Source: an uncultured Acidimicrobiales bacterium (GTDB lineage: Bacteria > Actinomycetota > Acidimicrobiia > Acidimicrobiales > RAAP-2). From it: a DNA stretch of 64,000 nt. Below are positions 48,442 to 59,044 of the stretch, in pieces. The notes under the pieces are model-generated. The model searched no databases and was not told the DNA's origin. It saw only the letters and a program-made list of their open reading frames with translations. Both the position numbers and the translations under genes were made by a program. Numbering within the stretch: the first letter of the stretch is position 1; every line of letters starts with the position of its first letter. Location of the stretch: contig CAVTHA010000010.1 in the NCBI GenBank assembly GCA_963734435.1, positions 26,546 to 90,545 of the forward strand. Direction: 5' to 3'.

Positions 48442-48452
48442 TGTGCGACGCC
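48404..48452 (+). repeat. imperfect ~48-bp direct repeat, copy B
   Basis: ggcccgtgacagacggggggtggtgggagaggacgtagtgtgcgacgcc. Confidence 0.7.
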
Positions 48453-49030
48453 GTGAAGGGACTGTTCCTGGACGAACGCGACACGGGTACATTGCGGGCC
48501 ACCGCCGAGACGGGCCGGCCGGGACGGGGTCGACGTCCTCTTCCTGCGCGACGGGCCCCTGGGTGACGCCATCGTCCTGGCCACCGCCGTGGGGTCGTGG
48601 GTCCCGGGCGTCCTGCTCGGCGTGCGCATCGACCTGGGCTCGCAGCCCCACCGGCATCCGACGGTGCTGGCCCGCGAAATGACGACGTTCGACCGCGTCA
48701 GCGGCGGGCGGGCCGTCCTGGCCTTCACCGGCCCGTTCACCGAGGCCACGGTCGAAGCGGCCACCTTGTGCCGGGCCATGTGGACTGACGGGGTCGCCGT
48801 CGGGACAGGCCCGCACTACCCGGTGGCCGGCGCCATCAACCGACCCCTCCCTGCAGAGGCCGGGCGGGCCCCCGATCGCCCTGGACCTGACCGATGGCGT
48901 CGGGGCAGCACCGCCTCCCGCCGCCCTCCTCGCCCTGTGCGACCTGGTGCTGGTCCCCGCGGCCCGGCGTCTCCCGACGCCGTGCCACCGGGAGTCGAGG
49001 TGTGCGAGATTCAAGATCGCCTGACGCGAC
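48443..49030 (+). CDS. short LLM/luciferase-like-family fragment or diverged paralog (~195 aa); frameshifted
   Basis: VLAREMTTFDRVSGGRAVLAFTG resembles the LLM motif (LAREAATLDhLSGGR..LG.G). Much shorter than full LLM proteins. Confidence 0.4.
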
Positions 49031-49056
49031 CCGCCCGGGGCGGGGCGGGGCGGGCT
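49030..49056. terminator. GC-rich near-palindrome between convergent genes (candidate bidirectional terminator)
   Basis: cccgcccggggcggggcggggcgggc; no T-tract, as is usual in high-GC actinobacteria. Confidence 0.35.
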
Positions 49057-49085
49057 GAGGCGGTGCGGGGCCCTCCGCCTCCTAG

Positions 49086-49479
49086 CCCTGCATGGCGATG
49101 TGGTCGGTGCGCACGCGCACCTTGATCCGTACCTCACCCTCCTGGCGCATCGGGTACGAGTCCACGCCGAGATACTTCTTGGCCAGCGCATCGATGTGGG
49201 CGTCGGCCCCGTCGGTCGTGATGTCGACCACGGTCCCGCGCAGGGCGACCACGTTGTAGGGGTCGTCAGGGTCCACGACCGAGACGGCCACCCGGGGGTC
49301 GTTCTCCACGTGGCGCGCCTTGACCCGGCCCTGGGCCGTGTTGAAGAGGAGGTCGTCGCCGTCCTGGTCGATCCACAGCGGGGTGACCTGGGGGAGCCGT
49401 CCTTGCCCAGGGTGGTCAAGGAGGCCAGGACCGGTCGGGCGATGAGCTCGCGGGCCTTGGCGGAGAGGGAGTCGGCCAT
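49086..49479 (-). CDS. PPOX-class (pyridoxamine-5'-phosphate-oxidase-like) F420-dependent enzyme; one frameshift
   Basis: MADSLSAKARELIARPVLASLTTLGKDGSP + QVTPLWIDQDGDDLLFNTAQGRVKARHVENDPRVAVSVVDPDDPYNVVALRGTVV...YLGVDSYPMRQEGEVRIKVRV. Confidence 0.75.
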
Positions 49480-49579
49480 CGGTGGTTCCTTTCGCGGAGA
49501 CGTCGGGGAGGTACGGGTGGTCAGGTGCGGGCTCGGCCCGTACCCGTTCCGACGATATCGGGAGCCGACTACGTTCAAC

Positions 49580-50465
49580 GCATGCGCATCGGTGCCCATG
49601 TTCGGGCCGGGGAAAGCGGTCCCCGCCCTCGAGCGGGGGGCGGACATCGGGGCCGAGGTGGTGCAGATCTTCACCCAGAGCCCCCGGGCCTGGAAGCCGA
49701 CCCAATACGCCGACGAGGTGCTCTACGAGTACCGGGTGGCCCAGGAGAACAGCCCGGTCATCACCGAGACCTTCTGCCATGCCACCTACCTCATCAACCT
49801 GGCCTCGGACCAACCGGACCTGCTCCAGCGCTCGGTGGACTGCCTCGCCGCCAACCTGGCCGTCTCGACCGGCATGGGCGCCTCGGGGCTGGTCCTGCAC
49901 GTGGGGAGTCACAAGGGGAGCGGGTTCGCCGACTGCCTGCCCCAGGTGGTCGACGCCCTCGGCGGCGTCCTCGAGCGCTTCGACGGCCGCTCGCCCGGCG
50001 CCTGCCCCATCCTGCTGGAGAACGCGGCGGGCACCGGCGGCACCGTCGGGCGCAGCTTCGAGGAGCTGGCCGCCATTCTCGACGCTGCGGGTGGCGCGCT
50101 CGCCCCCCGGCTGGGCGTCTGCCTCGATACTCAGCATCTGTGGGCCTCGGGGATCGGCTACGCCTCGGTGGAGGAGGCCGACGACGTCGTGGCCCACTTC
50201 GACGCCGTGATCGGGCTGGACCGGCTGCGCTGCCTGCACCTCAATGACTCCAAGGTCGAGCTGGGGGCGAATCGGGACCGGCACGCCAACGTGGGCGAGG
50301 GGACCATCGGGGCGTTGCACCTGGGCCTGCTGCTCAGCCACCCCGCCCTGATGGAGCTCCCGGCCATCCTCGAGGTCCCGGGGGAGGGCGACGGGGCGCG
50401 TGCGTTGGACGTCGCGGCGGCGCGGGAGGCGGTCCAACTGGGTCTGCACGCGGCGCCGGTCCTAA
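49580..50465 (+). CDS. nfo: endonuclease IV (AP endonuclease, TIM barrel); frameshift near 49610
   Basis: MRIGAHV...ADIGAEVVQIFTQSPRAWKPTQ...ETFCHATYLINLAS...LVLHVGSH...CLDTQHLWASG...LHLNDSK...HANVGEGTIG. Confidence 0.85.
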
Positions 50466-50475
50466 GCTGGCTCCC

Positions 50476-51862
<1,387 letters not shown>

Positions 51863-51866
<4 letters not shown>

Positions 51867-52160
51867 GCGAGCCCGTCCTGTCCGCCGACGAGGTCGACGC
51901 CGCCCTGGCCGAGCAGGGCCTGGCCTGGGAGCGCGTGGGCGACGAGCTGGTCACCACGGTCGAGCTCCGCGACTTCGCCGCCGCGCTGGCCTTCGTCAAC
52001 GCCGTCGGCGCCGCCGGCCGAGGCGGCCGAACCACCATCCCGACATCGACATCCGCTGGAACAAGGTCCACCTGGTGCTGAGCACCCACAGCGCCGGCGG
52101 GCTCACCGTGCTCGATATCGCCCTGGCGGCGGCCATCGACCGCTTGCGCCCGCTGCGCTG
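51863..52160 (+). CDS. pterin-4-alpha-carbinolamine dehydratase; one frameshift near 52020
   Basis: [33 protein letters not shown] + [38 protein letters not shown]. Confidence 0.75.
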
Positions 52161-52198
52161 AGCGGAACCGGGCGACTCGACCGGTCTCGTCGCTCGGG

Positions 52199-52903
52199 CT
52201 ACTCGACCGGTTCGAGCAGCTCCTGGCGCAGGCGGTCGACCACGTCCTGCGGCACGCCCACCTGCGCCGCGTACTCCGCCACGGTCCCGTAGCGCGCCCG
52301 GAGATGGGCGAACAGCGCCACCATGTTGGCGGGGTCGGCCGAGAACAACACGTCGGAGTCGGCGATCACGCTCTTGCCGTCGGGGTACTTCTCGATCAAC
52401 TTGGCCCGGAGCCGGGCCATGGCGGCGCCGCTGAGCGCGTAGTCGGCGACGACGGTCTCCTCGGGCACGCCGAGCAACGACAGCACCAGGGCCGAGAGCA
52501 GGCCGGTGCGGTCCTTGCCGGCCGTGCAGTGGAACACGGCGGGGCGGGCGTCGGGGGCGGCCAGGGCGGACAGGGCCCCGATGATCTGGGGCGTGGCGTC
52601 ATCGAGCATTTCGGTGTACTGGGTGCCGAGGAAGCCCGGTGCCCGCGCAAAGTCCTCCGCGTCGGGGAGGGCCTTGATGAAGGGGAAGTGGTGGAAGGTC
52701 ACCGGGTGCGCCTCCACGTTGAAGCGGCTCTGCTCGACCTCTTGGCCCGAGCGCAGGTCGACCACCGTGCGGATGCCGAGCTCTCGCATCACGTCCAGGT
52801 CCGTCTCGGTCAGCTCGCCCAGCCCGTCGGCCCGGAAGAGGACCCGCCACCGCGTGCGCTGTCCGTCCTCGGTGACGTACCCGCCGAGGTCGCGGAAGTT
52901 CAC
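52199..52903 (-). CDS. protein-tyrosine/dual-specificity phosphatase (Y_phosphatase3-like), intact
   Basis: MNFRDLGGY...; CX5R P-loop HCTAGKDRTG. Confidence 0.8.
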   Translation of the reverse strand: MNFRDLGGYVTEDGQRTRWRVLFRADGLGELTETDLDVMRELGIRTVVDLRSGQEVEQSRFNVEAHPVTFHHFPFIKALPDAEDFARAPGFLGTQYTEMLDDATPQIIGALSALAAPDARPAVFHCTAGKDRTGLLSALVLSLLGVPEETVVADYALSGAAMARLRAKLIEKYPDGKSVIADSDVLFSADPANMVALFAHLRARYGTVAEYAAQVGVPQDVVDRLRQELLEPVE

Positions 52904-52936
52904 CGCGCCTTGCAGCGGCGATCAGGCGTTCGACGG

Positions 52937-53509
52937 TCACGCGACCGGGAGGTCCCATAGGGGAAACCATCGGGTCAGGTCCGCTTCCACGGGAAGGTCC
53001 GACCCCAGCATGGAGCGGATGCGCAGCTCGAGCTCGGTGTCCCGGCGCTCCTTGTGGTTGTCCACCGGGGCGAAGGGGTAGAAGGTGCCGCGCTTGTAGA
53101 GGTACACGAGGGAGAACGGTCGGGCGTCGGCGGCTGCGCCGGCCTCGGGCACGAACCCGAAGACCGAGCACAGGAGCTGCTGGCCCCAGCCGGCCTCGGT
53201 GAGCGTGGTGTTGGCCATGTGCGCCTTGGTCACCAGGTCGTCGAGCTCGGGCTCGGCCAAGAGCAGCCAGCCGTAGCCGAACGAGTCCTGTGTCTGGGTG
53301 TACCCGTCGCCGACCAGCTGGGCCACCTCGGCCTGCAGGTCCGCCGAGCCCTGGCCCGAGGGCGGCTTCCAGCACACGCCGGCGTGGCCCGACGAGACCA
53401 GGCCGCCCGCGCTCTGCAGGGTCAGCGCGGCCGTCGGAAGGGCGAAGAGCGCGTCCAGGTTCGCCTTGACCGGCTTGGTCCGACCCAGCAGGGTGTCGAG
53501 AAGTCCCAC
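52937..53509 (-). CDS. conserved hypothetical protein (190 aa), intact; in operon with htpX and pspA
   Basis: No recognisable family by eye (MGLLDTLLGRTKPVKANLDALFALPTAALTLQ...YLYKRGTFYPFAPVDNHKERRDTELELRIRSML). Lies 15 bp downstream of htpX. Confidence 0.5.
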   Translation of the reverse strand: MGLLDTLLGRTKPVKANLDALFALPTAALTLQSAGGLVSSGHAGVCWKPPSGQGSADLQAEVAQLVGDGYTQTQDSFGYGWLLLAEPELDDLVTKAHMANTTLTEAGWGQQLLCSVFGFVPEAGAAADARPFSLVYLYKRGTFYPFAPVDNHKERRDTELELRIRSMLGSDLPVEADLTRWFPLWDLPVA

Positions 53510-53524
53510 CTCAGGAGCAGGTGC

Positions 53525-54481
53525 TCAGCGGGCTTGGCCGAGCTCGTGCTCCAGCTGGTCGAGCTGGGCCAAGCGGCGCTCCAAGGTGGGGTGGGTGCGG
53601 AACAGGCTGCCGAAGCTGAAGCCCCCGCTCTGGCCCCGCTGCTGGTCCTGCGCGCTGGTCATCGCCGGCACGATGAAGAAGGCGTTGAACGGCTCGGCGG
53701 CGCGGAGGTCCTTGGTCGGGACCCGGCCCATCTCGCCCGAAATTTTGATCAGGGCCGAGGCCAGCAGGGAGGGCTGCCCGATCAGGATGGCGCCCGACCG
53801 GTCGGCGGCCAGCTCGCGGTAGCGGGACAGCGCCATCGTGAGCAGGAAGCTCACGAAGTAGACGATGACCGAGACCAGCGTGACGATCAATTCGATCATG
53901 ACCAGCTGCCCGCCGCTGTTGTTGTTGTTCCCGCGGCCGCCACCACCGAAGATCTCCGAGTAGAACATGACCCGGGTCAAGAGCCCGGCAATCATGCCGA
54001 GGCCGCTGGCGATGGTCATCACGGCCACGTCGCGGTGGGCCACATGGGAGATCTCGTGGGCCAGGACGGCCTCGATCTCGGGCTCGTCGAGACGGCGCAG
54101 CAGTCCGGTGGTGGCGCACACCACGGCGGCCTTGGGGCTGCGCCCGGTGGCGAAGGCGTTGGGCACGTCGGTGTGGGCGATGGCCACCCGGGGCTTGGGC
54201 ATGTCGGCCAGCGCGCACAGGCGGTCGATCACACCGTGCAGCTCAGGGGCCTCCTGCGGGGTGACCTCCTTGGCGTGCATGGCGAACATGGCGATCTTGT
54301 CGCTGAAGTAGTACTGACAGAACAAGAGCCCGAAGGCGATGACCAGGATGAGAAGCAGGCTCTTCAAGAAGATGAAGAGGACGCCGATCAAGAGGGCGTA
54401 GAGAAGGACGAGGAAGAACCCCGTCATCAGCATGCGTGTCGTCAGCCCCCGATCTGGCTTGATGTTGTGCGAGAGCGCCAT
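53525..54481 (-). CDS. htpX: M48 zinc metalloprotease HtpX, intact
   Basis: HEISHVAHRD zinc motif; 4 TM segments; its ATG overlaps the pspA TAA stop (TAATG). Confidence 0.9.
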   Translation of the reverse strand: MALSHNIKPDRGLTTRMLMTGFFLVLLYALLIGVLFIFLKSLLLILVIAFGLLFCQYYFSDKIAMFAMHAKEVTPQEAPELHGVIDRLCALADMPKPRVAIAHTDVPNAFATGRSPKAAVVCATTGLLRRLDEPEIEAVLAHEISHVAHRDVAVMTIASGLGMIAGLLTRVMFYSEIFGGGGRGNNNNSGGQLVMIELIVTLVSVIVYFVSFLLTMALSRYRELAADRSGAILIGQPSLLASALIKISGEMGRVPTKDLRAAEPFNAFFIVPAMTSAQDQQRGQSGGFSFGSLFRTHPTLERRLAQLDQLEHELGQAR

Positions 54482-55266
54482 TAGTCGGGTGTTCCTCCGT
54501 TTCCATTGCCACTTTGCTCGGCGGCCGGCAAGGCCGCCGTGGTGTCGTCCGCCCCGTCCGCCCCGCCTGTTCCCAGCTCCAACTTCAAGGCAGCCAGCTC
54601 GTTGTCCACCTGCGAGGTGGCACTCACCTTGTCGAGCTCTTTTTGGATGTCGTCGACCGGCGTGCCGAGATCCGTCAGGGCGCCCGAGGCCAGCAACTCG
54701 TCCATGGCGCCGGCCCGTGCCTGCATGCTGGCGATCTTGTCCTGGGCCCGCTGCATGGCCTGGCCCGAATCGCCCATGGAGGTCGAGATCCCCGACACGG
54801 CCTCGCCGACCTTGGTCGAGGCCTCCGCCGCGGTGTAGCTGGCCTTGAGCGTCTCCTTCTTCGTGCGGAACTGCTCCACCCGCGTCTGGAGCACCTGGGA
54901 GGTTTCGATCAGCTTCTGCTCCTGCTCGCTGATCTGGTCGTGCTGGGTCTTGAGCTCGGCCAGCTGCTCGCCCAGTGCGGCACGGCGCGACAGCGCCTCG
55001 CGGGCCAGGTCCTCGTTGCCCTGCTGGAGGGCGGCCTTGGCCTGCCCCTGCAGCTTGTCGGCCTGCTTCTGCAACCCCTGGGCCTGAAGCTCGAGCCGCT
55101 TACGGGCCGTCGCCACGTCGGCCACGCCCCGGCGCACCTTCTGGAGCTGCTGGAGCTGCTTCTCATAAGAGAGATCCAGCGTGTCCCGAGGATCTTCCGC
55201 CTTGTCCAGGACCTTGTTGGCCTTGGCCTGGAAGATCCCACCGATCCTCTTGAACGTGCCTGCCAT
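54481..55266 (-). CDS. pspA: PspA/IM30 family (phage-shock protein A / Vipp1-like), intact
   Basis: MAGTFKRIGGIFQAKANKVLDKAEDPRDTLDLSYEKQLQQLQKVRRGVADVATARKRLE... is all-helical coiled coil. Confidence 0.85.
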   Translation of the reverse strand: MAGTFKRIGGIFQAKANKVLDKAEDPRDTLDLSYEKQLQQLQKVRRGVADVATARKRLELQAQGLQKQADKLQGQAKAALQQGNEDLAREALSRRAALGEQLAELKTQHDQISEQEQKLIETSQVLQTRVEQFRTKKETLKASYTAAEASTKVGEAVSGISTSMGDSGQAMQRAQDKIASMQARAGAMDELLASGALTDLGTPVDDIQKELDKVSATSQVDNELAALKLELGTGGADGADDTTAALPAAEQSGNGNGGTPD

Positions 55267-55312
55267 ACCAACGAGTGTACGGCTCGGCGGGGCCAATGGG
55301 GCAACGGCTGGT

Positions 55313-55339
55313 GTTCCGGGGCGGCCGGGGCCCGGGAAC
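55313..55339. promoter_or_regulatory. 27-bp near-perfect palindrome in the pspA/mca divergent promoter region (candidate operator)
   Basis: GTTCCGGGGC-GGCCGG-GGCCCGGGAAC; the two arms are 9/10 reverse-complementary. Confidence 0.45.
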
Positions 55340-55360
55340 CCCGCCACTAAGGTCTCCACG

Positions 55361-56221
55361 GTGCCTCACGATGGACTCTGCCTGCTGTCGGTACACGCGC
55401 ACCCCGACGACGAGTCCTCCAAGGGCGCGTCGACCGTGGCGCGCTACCACGCCGAAGGGGTGCGGACGGTCCTGGTGTGCTGCACGGGCGGGGAGGCGGG
55501 CGACATCCTCAACCCGGCCATGGACACCCCTGAGGTCCGGGCCGACATCGGGGCGGTCCGGTTGGCCGAGCTGAAGGCGGCGACGGACATCATCGGCTAC
55601 GACGAGACGGTGATGCTGGGCTACCGCGATTCGGGCATGCCGGGCACCGAGGCCAACGAGGACCCGAAGTCGTTCGCCCAGGCCCCCTTGGACGAGGCGG
55701 TCGGGCGCCTGGTGGCGGTGATCAGGCAGGAGCGGCCGCAGGTGATCCTGACCTATCCGGAGGACCAGAGCGAGTACCCGCACCCCGACCACCTCCGGGT
55801 GCACGAGATCTCCGTGCTGGCTTTCGATGCCGCCGGCCGGGCCGACCGGTTCCCCGACGCCGGACCCCCCTTCACGCCGTCGAAGCTGTACTACTCGGTG
55901 TGGCCGGCCGAGCGGTTCCGCCGGATCCACGCCAAGTTCTTGGAGCTGGGACTCGAATCACCCTTCAGCGAGGAACGGATGTCCCGGATGACCCGGGAGG
56001 ACCCCTTCACCACGTCGATCGACGTGAAGGGCTTCGAGGACGTACGCGGCCGGGCGCTGAAGGCGCATGCGACCCAGGTCGACCCGAACTCCCCGTTCTG
56101 GTTCGGCCTACCGCCCGACGTGCTCAAGGACATCGACCCGGTCGATCACTTCCGCCTGGCCCAAAGCCGGGTCGGACCGGTCGACGTCACTGAGGACGAC
56201 CTGTTCGCCGGGCTGCGCTGA
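55361..56221 (+). CDS. mca: mycothiol S-conjugate amidase (LmbE/PIG-L deacetylase family), intact
   Basis: VHAHPDDESSKGASTVARYHAEGVRTVLVCCTGGEAGDILNPAMD...YPHPDHLRVHEISVLAFDAAGRADRFPDAGPPFTPSKLYY...RALKAHATQVDPNSPFW is near-colinear with mycobacterial Mca. Confidence 0.85.
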   Translation: MPHDGLCLLSVHAHPDDESSKGASTVARYHAEGVRTVLVCCTGGEAGDILNPAMDTPEVRADIGAVRLAELKAATDIIGYDETVMLGYRDSGMPGTEANEDPKSFAQAPLDEAVGRLVAVIRQERPQVILTYPEDQSEYPHPDHLRVHEISVLAFDAAGRADRFPDAGPPFTPSKLYYSVWPAERFRRIHAKFLELGLESPFSEERMSRMTREDPFTTSIDVKGFEDVRGRALKAHATQVDPNSPFWFGLPPDVLKDIDPVDHFRLAQSRVGPVDVTEDDLFAGLR

Positions 56222-56222
56222 T

Positions 56223-56307
56223 CAGCCGCCTGACTCCATCACCCGCCTGACTCCATCAGCCGCCTGACTCCATCACCCGCCCGAGCCCGTCAGCCGCCCG
56301 AGCCCAG
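56223..56307. repeat. 17-bp tandem repeat x5 between the convergent mca and chbG-like genes
   Basis: cagccgcctgactccat / cacccgcctgactccat / cagccgcctgactccat / cacccgcccgagcccgt / cagccgcccgagcccag. Confidence 0.8.
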
Positions 56308-57291
56308 GAAACCCAGGTGGATCGCGCCGGCGCTCTGCGCCAAGAGGAGCGCCACCACGGCGGCCACCACGGCCAGGAGGGCCATGGTGGCGATCGTCCG
56401 GGCGCGCCGCTCCTGCCGGGGCTCCACGGCGTGCCCGGCCGCCGTCAGTCCGCCGGCGCGGGCCAGTTCGCGCAGGCGCCGGTAGCCGATCAGGGTGGCG
56501 CCCGCCGCCGCCACGGACTCGGCGACCCAGTCTTCCTCGCAGATCATGTGGTAATCGTCGACCCGGGCCGCCCAGTCGTCGGTGGCCAGGGATCGCAGCT
56601 CGGCGCTGTCCACGGCGGGGTGCAGATGCATTTCGGTCACCCCGGGCCGCAGCGTGGCCAGGTCCTTCTCGAAGGTCTGGCGGGACCCGACGCCGGGGAC
56701 GAAGCGGGTGTGGTCGGTGAAGATGGCGCCCGCCTCGGCGGCCACGGCCCGGCCGGGAAAACCGACGTAGCGCTCCATGCCGGCGCCGATCATGCGCAGG
56801 GGCAGCCGGAACTCGATCGCCATGTCGAGGTAGACGTCGAAGAACTCGGGCCGGAACTGCAGGGTGCCCATGTGGGCGTCGAGATGGCTGACGTCGAAGC
56901 CCCAGAGGATGGCGCGCTCGATCTGGGCTCGGCACTCCCGTCGCACCTCATCGAGGTCGGCGTGGTCCCACACGTCCTCCATCGTCCGCGGGAACCCGCC
57001 GTCGCCGCCGAGCAGTGACGGGGCGTGGGTGATGGGACCCCAGCGGTAGAGCTCGTACTCGGCGTTGAGGGTCAGGTGGACCCCGATGTCCTCACCCCGG
57101 TAACGGCTCGACGCCTCGCGGGCCCACGGGCACGGCACCATCAGCGTGGCGCTGGTGACGATCCCGGTGGCGAGGCACTCGAAGACCCCGACGTTGGCGG
57201 AGTGGCACGAGCCGAGGTCGTCGGCGTTGATGATGAGGAGTTTGGCGTCGGCGGCGTACCCGAGCCGCTGCGCCAGCGTCGGTTCACTCAT
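56290..57291 (-). CDS. ChbG/YdjC/HpnK-family carbohydrate deacetylase with C-terminal TM, intact
   Basis: LLIINADDLGSCHSANVGVFEC...GVHLTLNAEY...SHLDAHMG; start overlaps the purE stop by 8 nt. Confidence 0.75.
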   Translation of the reverse strand: MSEPTLAQRLGYAADAKLLIINADDLGSCHSANVGVFECLATGIVTSATLMVPCPWAREASSRYRGEDIGVHLTLNAEYELYRWGPITHAPSLLGGDGGFPRTMEDVWDHADLDEVRRECRAQIERAILWGFDVSHLDAHMGTLQFRPEFFDVYLDMAIEFRLPLRMIGAGMERYVGFPGRAVAAEAGAIFTDHTRFVPGVGSRQTFEKDLATLRPGVTEMHLHPAVDSAELRSLATDDWAARVDDYHMICEEDWVAESVAAAGATLIGYRRLRELARAGGLTAAGHAVEPRQERRARTIATMALLAVVAAVVALLLAQSAGAIHLGFLGSGG

Positions 57292-57790
57292 GGCCCTCCT
57301 CTCCTCCTGCGGCGACTTCGGCGTCCTGCGCCCGGGCGGCCGCGGCGAGCTCCTCTTGGAACTCCTGCATGCGCGCCGTCAGGACGGGATCGCCCCCCGC
57401 CAGGATACGAACCGCCAGCAGCCCGGCGTTACGGGACCCGTTCACGGCCATGGTCGCCACCGGCACCCCTCGGGGCATCTGCACTATGGAGAGAAGCGAA
57501 TCGAGCCCGTCGAGATGGGCCAGTGCCACCGGAACCCCGATCACCGGCAGGGTGGTGACCGAGGACAGCATCCCCGGCAGGTGGGCGGCTCCGCCGGCGC
57601 CGGCGATGATCACCCGCAGGCCCCGGGCGGCGGCGGCATGCCCGAAGGCGATCATGTCGTCGGGGGTCCGGTGGGCCGACACCACCCGCACCTCGTGCGG
57701 CACCCCGAAGCGCTCGAGGACCCCGATGGCGTCCTGCATGACCGGAAGGTCCGACGAGCTCCCCATCACCACGGCGACCAAGGGGGTCAT
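57284..57790 (-). CDS. purE: N5-carboxyaminoimidazole ribonucleotide mutase, intact
   Basis: PLVAVVMGSSSDLPVMQDAIGVLERFGVPHEVRVVSAHRTPDDM...IIAGAGGAAHLPGM. Confidence 0.9.
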   Translation of the reverse strand: MTPLVAVVMGSSSDLPVMQDAIGVLERFGVPHEVRVVSAHRTPDDMIAFGHAAAARGLRVIIAGAGGAAHLPGMLSSVTTLPVIGVPVALAHLDGLDSLLSIVQMPRGVPVATMAVNGSRNAGLLAVRILAGGDPVLTARMQEFQEELAAAARAQDAEVAAGGEEGHE

Positions 57791-58994
57791 CCGGGCCGTC
57801 CCGACGGGGTCAGGAGAACCTGCGGACGGGGCGTCCCCAGGGCCACTGCAGCCGCCCAGGCCCGCTCCCGCACTTCATCGGCATCGTCTCCACACACGGT
57901 CACGTGCCCTAGTTTGCGCCCTGGCCTGGTCGCTTTGCCATACAGGTGGACATGGGCCCCCTCGATGGTCAGGCCACCGGGCAGAAGGGCCAGGGGATCC
58001 TCCCCCTCGGCGCCGCCGAAAATATTGACGCTGGCCACCTGGTCGTGCTGGGGAGCCGGCGATCCCAGGGGCAGGTCGAGGACGGCCCTGAGATGGTTCT
58101 CGAACTGCGACGTCACCGCGCCCTCGATGGTCCAGTGCCCGGAATTATGGGGACGGGCGGCGATCTCGTTGACCATCAGGACCCCTCCGGACCAGAAGAG
58201 CTCCACCGCGAGCACACCCACGGCCCCGGCGATCTCGGCCACCGACTGCCCGAGGGCGCGGGCACGCTCGACCACGTCGGGGGGCAGGCGGCCCGGCACC
58301 AGGACCTCTCGGCACACCCCGTCCACCTGGGCCGTCTCGACGGCCGGCCAGGTCACCATCTCCCCCGAGGGGCGGCGCGCCACCATGACGGCCAGCTCCG
58401 CCTGGAAGGGCACCATCTCTTCGATCAGCAGCCGGCCCGCCAAGGGCGCCGTCACCGCGGGCCACTTCGGCCAGGTCCTCGACGATCCATACCCCTTTGC
58501 CGTCGTAGCCGCCCCGGGCCGTCTTGAGCACGAGCGGCCACCCGTGCCGGGCCGCGAACGCGGCGATCTCCGCCGCCGGCGCGGGGTGACCAAGAGGACC
58601 CGCATCGAGCACCAGGTGGGCCGGGACGGGGATCCCGGCCGCGGCCAGCACCGACCGCATATGGGCCTTGTCGGTGGCCATCTCCAGCGTTGGCAATCCG
58701 GGCCGGATGACGACCCCGTCTGCCGCCAGGGTGCGGAGGATGGAGAGGTCGACCTGCTCGTGGTCGAACGTGATCACGTCGGATCGGGCGGCCAGGGCCC
58801 GCAGGTCGGCCTCGACCAGGGGGGAGCCCAGCAAGGACCTCGGCCGCCACGGCGCAGGCCGCATCGTCGGGGTGCTCCGCCAGCACGGCCACCGAGAGCC
58901 CGAGGGCGCTTGCCGCTTCGGCGGCCATTCGTGCCAATTGCCCGGCTCCGACGAACCCGACGTGGTGGGCGCTCAGGTCGGTATCCTCGGCGAC
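57787..58994 (-). CDS. purK: N5-carboxyaminoimidazole ribonucleotide synthase; about 2 frameshifts
   Basis: VGFVGAGQLARMAAEAASALG...ATP-grasp WPLVLKTARGGYDGKGVWIV...MVNEIAARPHNSGHWTIEGAVTSQFENHLRAVLDLPLG. Confidence 0.85.
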
Positions 58995-59044
58995 AGCGGT
59001 GGACCGGACACGACCGGCACACTATCGAGGAGACGAGAGCACCC

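Noticed and set aside
56223-56307. Possible CRISPR array (short direct repeats)
   Set aside because: The 17-bp units are contiguous with no spacers, so this is a simple tandem repeat and not a repeat-spacer array. No cas genes are nearby. The Cas4-like nuclease at 61.2 kb is 5 kb away and is the stand-alone RecB type.
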